A stretch of 64,000 bases of DNA. It comes from Acidobacteriota bacterium. GTDB taxonomy: Bacteria; Acidobacteriota; JAAYUB01. This document shows positions 57,107 through 64,000 of this stretch, one piece after another. Numbering within the stretch: the stretch's first letter is position 1; each line of letters begins with the position of its first letter. A program made the translations under genes and the position numbers. The notes beneath the pieces were generated by a model. That model saw nothing but the letters and a program-made list of their open reading frames with translations, made no database searches and had not been told where the DNA came from. The stretch is from the NCBI GenBank assembly GCA_016935015.1, contig JAFGRT010000122.1:76310-140309 (forward strand), in the 5' to 3' direction.

Positions 57107-57372
57107 ATTGCCACCTCCTGCAGGTCCAAAGGAAGTCACCCGAATCCGCTGGATCTTTGGATGCGTCGGCCACCGCCCCGATCTCGCCCGGCGAACGATT
57201 CCGCGTAAATTTCGGGGGCGTTACCACACAACCGCCAGTCCATCACATGTTTGTGACCGGAAAAGTATAATCTCCCTGCGATCACCCTGTCAAATCCATT
57301 GCTCCTCGACTCTCGGCCATTCGCACGCGACCGCCAATTCGGCTCCCCTCGTCTGCCGGTCAAGACCGGCTC

Positions 57373-57401
57373 TTGATCTTCGTCGACACAGCCCTTACAA
57401 T
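57373..57401 (+). promoter_or_regulatory. Putative sigma70 promoter for the LamG-domain gene
   Basis: TTGATC-17-TACAAT. Confidence 0.5.
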
Positions 57402-57469
57402 GGAAGAAAATCCGGGATGGCCGTATTCATTTTTTTGAGGCTATCCCCGAAACGGAGGACGCAGACGCC

Positions 57470-58540
57470 ATGGTTCACACTGTCCTGGAAAATTCATCCC
57501 GGCCGGACCGACGGGGATGGATGTCCAATCCCGCACCGGCCGGCCGAACCATGACTTTGTTCATCATTCTGCTGGGTGCGGCCGTAGTCTGCTCGCCCGG
57601 TCCAGGGGCATATGCCGGGAACAACGGTCCGGTGATGCATCCCCATCAATCGGGCGAATCCGGGCAAGAGCCTGTGGACGAGCTGTTCGGGTACTACGTC
57701 GTCCGTCGTCCCGGGGTGGAGGAGCTGAAGGTCGTCAAGGGGATCAACCGGCTGGAACCGGGTGATGAAGTACTGGGCGGCCCCTTCAGCCTCACCGACG
57801 CCCAGGCCTTCAAAAAGCAGCGGACAGGGATGACCGACACCGATGTCACGGTGGTGGATAGGTCCGGCGGACCGGTCCAGCCTGCCGAACCCGACGTGGT
57901 GCTCCACCTGAGCCTGGACGCCGTCGTCGACGGCAAAATCCAGGACCGGAGCCAATCCTCATTCACGGCGGTGGTGCACGGTGATCCGCTGCTGGTGGAT
58001 ACACCCAACGGTCGTGGACTGCAATTCGACGGTCGCGACGACTGGCTGCTGCTGCCGGCGGATCCCTATCTCGATATCCACGGCAGCATGACCCTCATGG
58101 TGATGATGAAAATCCCCGAATCGGCGCGCAGCGAAGGTCTGCACATGATCGTCTGGCATGGTGACGAGCGCGGCGGCCGCGATCCCTACAGCTTCTTCAT
58201 CAGCAGCGGGCGCATTCTTTTCCGGCGCGACTTTCCCAAAACCGTCATGGTCGGCTGGTCCCTCTGGAACCTGGATTTCGACCGCTATCACGTGTTCTGC
58301 GGCGTGCACCGCCGCCATGAAGACATCTTCGAAATTTGGGTGGATGGGGAACTGGCGGAATCCATCAAGGGCAGCGGCAAGATCAGTTACGACACCAAAC
58401 GGATGACCACCCAGATCGGCGCCATGGAGTCCGGCCGGAGTCAACATTTTACCGGCATTTTGGATGATGTGAAAATCTTCCAGCGCGCCCTGACACCTGA
58501 CGAACTGCGCCGGGAATCGCTGGCTCTCCTGGGACGCTGA
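57470..58540 (+). CDS. Secreted LamG-like (concanavalin A fold) domain protein (start uncertain)
   Basis: Hydrophobic signal; GLQFDGRDD, IWVDGE, FTGILDDVKIFQRAL. Confidence 0.8.
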   Translation: MVHTVLENSSRPDRRGWMSNPAPAGRTMTLFIILLGAAVVCSPGPGAYAGNNGPVMHPHQSGESGQEPVDELFGYYVVRRPGVEELKVVKGINRLEPGDEVLGGPFSLTDAQAFKKQRTGMTDTDVTVVDRSGGPVQPAEPDVVLHLSLDAVVDGKIQDRSQSSFTAVVHGDPLLVDTPNGRGLQFDGRDDWLLLPADPYLDIHGSMTLMVMMKIPESARSEGLHMIVWHGDERGGRDPYSFFISSGRILFRRDFPKTVMVGWSLWNLDFDRYHVFCGVHRRHEDIFEIWVDGELAESIKGSGKISYDTKRMTTQIGAMESGRSQHFTGILDDVKIFQRALTPDELRRESLALLGR

Positions 58541-58606
58541 CGGTGGCCGCGCCCGTCGGCAGCCATCGTTTTTTCTTGAGAAATTACTTCATTAAATATG
58601 TTTGAA

Positions 58607-59305
58607 TTACCGAATATTATTTAACAATGAAGAAACGCTCCATTGGCGAATATCCGCCGGCAGGCAAGGTTCCCGGCTGCACAAGGCCAGGATGGCGTCG
58701 GGAGCGGGCTGATACAGGCGCAGGAATAGATCCGGCAGGGGTTGGTCCAATCGCGACTCGAGCCGGAGACGGTCCGGCGCCGTTCCACGGATGAGGATCC
58801 GGTCCAGGGGCAACTGCAGCCCCTGCCCCAGGTTCTTGAGGACGCTCTCCTTGGCGGTCCACAGTTGGTAGAAGGCCTGCGCCTGTTCGACGGGTGTCCG
58901 GCTCAGCAACCAGGCCATCTCCTCGGGCGCGAAAAACCGCCGGGCCACGGCCAGGTCGACACCGCGCACCGCCTCCACATCCACGCCAACGGGCAGGGGT
59001 GAAATCGCCACCGCCACCCATTCACCCGAATGGGAAACATTGAAATGCAGCCCCGTCATGCCGGCCAGGTATGGCTTGCCCCGTGCATCGGTGTCGAACA
59101 CCAGCTGGGCATTGGAAAAACCATGGTCGACGCAGAGCACGGCCCTGACCAGCAATTCTCCCAACAGGGATCGCTGGACGTCGGCGGCGTTCCGGAAGCG
59201 GCGGCAACGCTCCACCCTTTTCGAAGACACCCGGGTCAACAGCCGGTTTTGCTGCTTCTGAAACTCTTCCGCCGCCAGCAGGCGAACGACATGGAGTTCG
59301 GCCAT
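58607..59305 (-). CDS. Sfp-type 4'-phosphopantetheinyl transferase
   Basis: GKPYL, FNVSHSG, VGVDVE, LWTAKESVLK..G.GL. Confidence 0.92.
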   Translation of the reverse strand: MAELHVVRLLAAEEFQKQQNRLLTRVSSKRVERCRRFRNAADVQRSLLGELLVRAVLCVDHGFSNAQLVFDTDARGKPYLAGMTGLHFNVSHSGEWVAVAISPLPVGVDVEAVRGVDLAVARRFFAPEEMAWLLSRTPVEQAQAFYQLWTAKESVLKNLGQGLQLPLDRILIRGTAPDRLRLESRLDQPLPDLFLRLYQPAPDAILALCSREPCLPADIRQWSVSSLLNNIR

Positions 59306-59411
59306 GATTCTCCGTCCATCACGATCTTCTCCCTGTTTTACATCACCGGCCGTTGCTTTTCCAGTCGTTCCTGCCTAAAATGAAGGCGGGAATTTTCTCG
59401 CGGGAAGGAAC

Positions 59412-59885
59412 ATGATGCTGCAACTACACATACCGGGCACGGGCGACCTCACCCTCCGGCACCTGCTGCTGGACTACAACGGCACCCTGGCCCGCGACGG
59501 CACCCTGGTGCCGGGCGTCGCCGATCGCCTCAGGCAACTCGGCGAACAGATGGCCGTCCACGTGGTGACGGCCGATACGTTCGGCAAGGCCCGGGCCCAG
59601 CTGGCGGGGATGCCGCTGACCCTGCACATTCTGGCGGAAGAGTACCAGGCCGAGGCCAAAATGCAGTACATCTGCCGGCTGGGTCCGGCGGAGAGCGTGG
59701 CCGTCGGCAACGGCCGCAACGACCGCCTGATGGTGGCCGCGGCCGCCCTGGGCATCGCCGTCGTCCAGGATGAGGGGGCGGCGGCGGGCTGCCTGGCGGC
59801 GGCCGATGTGGTCTGCCGCACCATCCTTGACGCACTGGACCTGCTGCTCAATCCGCTCCGGCTGAGGGCCACCCTGCGCCAGTGA
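59412..59885 (+). CDS. HAD-family hydrolase (soluble P-type ATPase-like)
   Basis: LDYNGTLA, TADTFG, VGNGRND, RLRATLR. Confidence 0.88.
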   Translation: MMLQLHIPGTGDLTLRHLLLDYNGTLARDGTLVPGVADRLRQLGEQMAVHVVTADTFGKARAQLAGMPLTLHILAEEYQAEAKMQYICRLGPAESVAVGNGRNDRLMVAAAALGIAVVQDEGAAAGCLAAADVVCRTILDALDLLLNPLRLRATLRQ

Positions 59886-59916
59886 ATCGCCGCACCGGAC
59901 GGTGGGAGCACCCGAC

Positions 59917-61104
59917 ATGAGCATGGAGTGGCATTACATTTGTACCGAATGCGGCCGGACGTACGAGATACGGCCGGAAATCATGATCTGTACGCATTGC
60001 TGCCGGCACCAGGAACCGGGCAAGCCGTTGCGCGGGATTCTCGAAGCCCTTGCCGATCGCTGGGACTACGATCCTGACCAGCCGCCCACGAAATTCCTGC
60101 CGGTGGAATCACGGCATCTCCCTCCCATCCCGGTGGGGGATACTCCCCTGTGGGCGCCGCCGCGGCTGCGTCGCCGGCTGCAGCTGCCGGGCCTGTTCCT
60201 CAAGGATGATACCCGCCAACCGACGGGTTCCCTGAAAGACCGCGCCTCGCTGCTGGTAGCCGGACTGGCACGGCGTCACGCCATCGGTGAGGTCGTCGTC
60301 GCCTCCACCGGCAACGCCGCCTCCTCCATGGCCGGGATCGGCGCGGCGGCCGGTCTGACCGTCACCATCCTTGTTCCGGAAACGGCCCCGCCGGCGAAGA
60401 TCGTCCAGGCCCTGCAGTACGGCGCCCGGGTGCACCTGGTGGCCGGCACCTACGACCAGGCCTATGATATGTCCCTGGATTACAGCCGCCGGACGAATGC
60501 CCTCAACCGCAATACGGCATACAATCCGCTGACCATCGAAGGGAAGAAGACAGTGGCGCTGGAGATCTTCCGGCAGCTGAACGGTGTGCCGGACACCGTA
60601 TTCCTCTCCGCCGGCGACGCCGTCATTCTGGCCGGCGTGTACAAGGGCTTCGCCGACCTGCAGCGCTGCGGATTGACGCAATCGATGCCCCATGTGGTGG
60701 CGGTGCAGGCGGCCGGCAGTTCCGCTTTGTACCGGGCCTGGCAACAGGGCGGTTTCGGAGCGGCCCAATCCGCCCGGACCCTGGCCGATTCCATCGCCGT
60801 GGAAATCCCGCGCAACGGTTATTATGCCCTGCAGCTGCTGCACCGTCACCGGGGCGAGTGCCTGACGGTGTCGGACGACGAAATCCTGGCGGCCCAGCAT
60901 ATCCTGGCCGCCGAGAGCGGACTCTTCGCCGAACCCTCAGCCGCCGCTGCCTTGGCCGGCCTGCTCCGTTGCCGGGATCGCCTGCCGGCGGATCAGCGGG
61001 TGGTGGTTCTCATCACCGGTTCCGGCCTGAAAGACATCGCCGCGGCCCGTAAAGGAATCACCATGCCGACCGGCGCCATCCAGCGCGTGGAGGATATCCT
61101 GTGA
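59917..61104 (+). CDS. Threonine synthase-like PLP enzyme with N-terminal Zn ribbon
   Basis: CTECG...CTHC, GDTPL, PTGSLKDR, ASTGNAA, EGKKT, ITGSGLKD. Confidence 0.85.
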   Translation: MSMEWHYICTECGRTYEIRPEIMICTHCCRHQEPGKPLRGILEALADRWDYDPDQPPTKFLPVESRHLPPIPVGDTPLWAPPRLRRRLQLPGLFLKDDTRQPTGSLKDRASLLVAGLARRHAIGEVVVASTGNAASSMAGIGAAAGLTVTILVPETAPPAKIVQALQYGARVHLVAGTYDQAYDMSLDYSRRTNALNRNTAYNPLTIEGKKTVALEIFRQLNGVPDTVFLSAGDAVILAGVYKGFADLQRCGLTQSMPHVVAVQAAGSSALYRAWQQGGFGAAQSARTLADSIAVEIPRNGYYALQLLHRHRGECLTVSDDEILAAQHILAAESGLFAEPSAAAALAGLLRCRDRLPADQRVVVLITGSGLKDIAAARKGITMPTGAIQRVEDIL

Positions 61105-61682
61105 ACACACTGGAAGGCGTCGTTCTGGCCGCCGGGAAGTCCACCCGCACCTCCCACCAATATAAAATGGAACTGGATCTCGGCGGCCAGCCGGTAATCC
61201 GCCGCAGCGTGGAATCACTGCTGCCGGTCTGCCGGCGGGTGATTGTCGTGGGCGGTCATAATTACGACCGCCTGTGCCGCTTGGTGGCGGATTGCGGCGG
61301 AGTGGAAACCGTATGCAACCATCAATATGAGCGGGGTATGTTCTCCTCTGTTTGCTGTGGTATCCGCCAGGTGAGGGGTGACGCTTTTTTTCTCCTGCCG
61401 GGCGACATCCCGCTGGTCCGGCCGGAAACCGTGCGCCGTATGGCGGCAGTGGCGGCGGATATCGTCGTCCCCCGTCACGAAGGGCGAAAAGGTCACCCCG
61501 TCCTCGTCCACGCCCGGTTCATCCCCGAGATCCTGGCCATGCCCGCCGACGCCACGCTGCGTGATTTCATGCACCGGCAGGAAATCACTGTCCTGGACGT
61601 AACGGACCATGGTATCGTGATGGATATCGACGATTTGGACGATTATGAAGCCGCCCGAGCATACTGCCACTCCAGGGAATGA
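61101..61682 (+). CDS. Molybdenum cofactor cytidylyltransferase (MocA-like) nucleotidyltransferase
   Basis: VLAAGKSTR, GMFSS, PGDIP, KGHPV, DIDD; next to XDH genes. Confidence 0.85.
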   Translation: MNTLEGVVLAAGKSTRTSHQYKMELDLGGQPVIRRSVESLLPVCRRVIVVGGHNYDRLCRLVADCGGVETVCNHQYERGMFSSVCCGIRQVRGDAFFLLPGDIPLVRPETVRRMAAVAADIVVPRHEGRKGHPVLVHARFIPEILAMPADATLRDFMHRQEITVLDVTDHGIVMDIDDLDDYEAARAYCHSRE

Positions 61683-63879
61683 CATCGCCGACCCGGTGGC
61701 CCGCCCCGACGCGGCGGCCAAATGCGCCGGCACGGCTCGCTACCTGGCCGACCTGGCGGTACCGGGTATGCTGCACGCCCGCACCGTGCGCTCCACACGG
61801 CCCCGGGCGCGGATCACCAGCCGCCGTCTGCCCCCTCTGCCGGCGGGTTTCTTCGTGGTGGAGGCGCGAGACATACCGGGCCGCAATCGGATCCGGATGC
61901 TGGACGACGACTGGCCATTCTTTGCCGAAGATATCGTCAACCACATAGGCGAACCCATCCTGCTGGTAGTCGGACCGGAGGCGGAGGCGACGGCGATGAT
62001 TGCCTCCCGGGTCATCATCGAGTATGAAGATCTGCCGCCCATTCTTTCCCTCGATGACGCCCTCGCCGGCTTGGCGCCCCCCCTGTACGGCGAAGACAAT
62101 TGCTTTGCCGAGTACAGTTTTCACAAGGGGGACCTGCCGCAGGCCAGGCGTGCCGCCCGGCAGATGGTCAAGGACGGTTTTTCAACCGGCTTTCAGGAAC
62201 ATCTCTATCTGGAACCCCAAGGCGTCCTGGCCGTCCCCGAGGCGGGCCGGCTGACCGTATACGGTTCCATGCAATGTCCCTATTACGTTAAGAAAGCGGT
62301 GGAACAGGCTGTCGGCGAGGGCCGGCACCATGTCCGGATCGTTCAGACGGTGACCGGTGGTGCCTTTGGCGGCAAGGAAGACTATCCTTCCCTGCTGGCC
62401 GGCCAGGCAGCCGTAGCCGCCCTCAAGAGCGGCCGTCCCGTAAGGCTGGTGCTGGACCGGACCGAGGATATCGCCGCCACCACCAAGCGTCACCCGTCCC
62501 GCATTGACTTCACCACCTTTCTGGATGAAAACGACGATCTCCTGGGGATGGACGTGGACATCCTGCTGGACGGCGGCGCCTATTCCGGGCTTTCCTCGGT
62601 CGTGCTGCAGCGGGCCATGTTCGCCGCCAGCGGTGTCTACCGGGTACCCCATCTGCACGTGCATGGCCGCGTCCTGGCCACCAACCAGGTCCCTGCGGGC
62701 GCCTTCCGTGGTTTCGGTGCCCCCCAGGCCTTCTTCGCCATCGAAATGCACCTGGAAAACATTGCCCTGCGCCTGGGCCTCGATCCGCTGGAGTACAAGC
62801 TGCGGCATGCCCTGCGCCGGGGCGACCGCACGTGTACCGACGGCCTGGTGCGAGGCGCCGTCCGGTTGCCGGAAATGGCGACGCGTCTCTGCGAAGCCGC
62901 CGGATATCCGGCCAAGCAGGCCGCCTACACAGCCGGACAGGGACGCTACCGGCGCGGCATCGGTCTGTCACTCTGTTACCACGGCTGCGGTTTCACCGGC
63001 CAGGGAGAGGAACTGATCCAGGGCACCATCGCCTTGCACAAACGGGCCGACGACGCCGTGGAGATCCGCGTGGCTGCCACAGAGATGGGTCAGGGCGCTC
63101 AAACGGTCCTGCCGAAGATCGTGGCCCACTCCCTGGGCATCCCCCTGGATCAGATCCATTACGAAAATCCGGATACGGACATCGTGCCCGATTCCGGTCC
63201 CACCGTCGCCTCCCGTACCACCATGATCGTGGGCGGGCTCCTGCGCGAGGCCGCCCTCGATCTCAAGCGGCATTGGCAATCCGGCCGGGTGATGGACATC
63301 CGCCGGACCTACCACCATCCGCCTCATATCCATTGGGACCAGGAGCATTTCCGCGGCGACGCCTATCCCGAATACGCCTGGGGTGTCAACGTGGTGGAAG
63401 TGGAGGTAGATCTTCTCACTGGGCTTGTCCGCGTCATCAAGATCTGGGCGCAGTTCGACGTAGGAGCGCCTATGGACGAGCGGACCCTGCGCGGGCAAAT
63501 GGAAGGCGGCATCGCCCAGGGGCTGGGGTATGCCTTGTGGGAAAAACTGGAAGTGGACGATGGGAGGGTTCAGCAACAGCGGATCCGTGACTATACCATC
63601 CCCACCTTTATGGACATGCCGCCGGTGGAGAGCGGATCGGTATACAATCCCTATGAATTCGGCCCCTTCGGTGCCAAGGGCGCCGGTGAACTCACCCTGG
63701 TGGGCGTTGCGCCGGCCGTGGCGGCGGCGGTGCAGCAGGCCATCGGCTGTCCGGTGGATATGATTCCTGTCACGCCGGAGATGATTCTCCGGCGGATACG
63801 CAATCGCAAGCATGCCAAGCCCGATTCGGAAATACCTCCGGAATCGTCCCCCCGATCCCGGAGCCGGGCGGACACGTAA
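61645..63879 (+). CDS. Xanthine dehydrogenase-family molybdopterin-binding subunit
   Basis: [45 protein letters not shown]. Confidence 0.93.
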   Translation: MKPPEHTATPGNDIADPVARPDAAAKCAGTARYLADLAVPGMLHARTVRSTRPRARITSRRLPPLPAGFFVVEARDIPGRNRIRMLDDDWPFFAEDIVNHIGEPILLVVGPEAEATAMIASRVIIEYEDLPPILSLDDALAGLAPPLYGEDNCFAEYSFHKGDLPQARRAARQMVKDGFSTGFQEHLYLEPQGVLAVPEAGRLTVYGSMQCPYYVKKAVEQAVGEGRHHVRIVQTVTGGAFGGKEDYPSLLAGQAAVAALKSGRPVRLVLDRTEDIAATTKRHPSRIDFTTFLDENDDLLGMDVDILLDGGAYSGLSSVVLQRAMFAASGVYRVPHLHVHGRVLATNQVPAGAFRGFGAPQAFFAIEMHLENIALRLGLDPLEYKLRHALRRGDRTCTDGLVRGAVRLPEMATRLCEAAGYPAKQAAYTAGQGRYRRGIGLSLCYHGCGFTGQGEELIQGTIALHKRADDAVEIRVAATEMGQGAQTVLPKIVAHSLGIPLDQIHYENPDTDIVPDSGPTVASRTTMIVGGLLREAALDLKRHWQSGRVMDIRRTYHHPPHIHWDQEHFRGDAYPEYAWGVNVVEVEVDLLTGLVRVIKIWAQFDVGAPMDERTLRGQMEGGIAQGLGYALWEKLEVDDGRVQQQRIRDYTIPTFMDMPPVESGSVYNPYEFGPFGAKGAGELTLVGVAPAVAAAVQQAIGCPVDMIPVTPEMILRRIRNRKHAKPDSEIPPESSPRSRSRADT

Positions 63880-63881
63880 CC

Positions 63882-64000
63882 ATGCAGATCACGTTCGAAC
63901 TCAACAACGAAACCGTATGCCTGGATGTTGATCCGCTGCGCCCCCTGTTGGACGTACTGCGCGAGGAGCTGGGTCTGACCGGCACCAAGCGGGGCTGCGG
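63882..64000 (+). CDS. XDH-family 2Fe-2S subunit (partial)
   Basis: MQITFELNN...[18 protein letters not shown]; runs off the right edge. Confidence 0.88.
   Translation, partial: MQITFELNNETVCLDVDPLRPLLDVLREELGLTGTKRGC

Overview
GC-rich bacterial chromosome segment, densely coding (about 55 CDS). No rRNA, tRNA, CRISPR array, transposase or phage gene was recognised. Gene content and order (mgtE-recO, mlaEFD-xerD, ruvX-mltG divergent from an S41 paralog-uppS-cdsA-dxr-rseP-ispG-dtd, an Hfq-like paralog) suggest an anaerobic Gram-negative bacterium, probably Acidobacteriota (inference). Main blocks: an LPS/heptose and glycosyltransferase operon (6.3-13 kb); citrate lyase with a CitD-CitE fusion plus CitF; an MCE transporter; MEP/isoprenoid genes; a five-gene putative catabolic operon (unknown protein, Fe-ADH, aldehyde:ferredoxin oxidoreductase, D-2-hydroxyacid dehydrogenase, LarA-like protein; 37.3-43.9 kb); and the start of a xanthine-dehydrogenase-family cluster at the right end. 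The most unusual stretch is a ~1.75-kb non-coding gap (45939-47712). It is built from two diverged ~390-bp units bounded by inverted ATCGAYTAC(NAC)nGACAGCGAT repeats, interleaved with at least two other REP-like hairpin families, with no transposase nearby. Several apparent pseudoenzymes (S41 protease, histidine kinase, GGDEF domain) and an MlaD with a large helical insertion were also noted. All product calls come from motif recognition by eye, not database searches.
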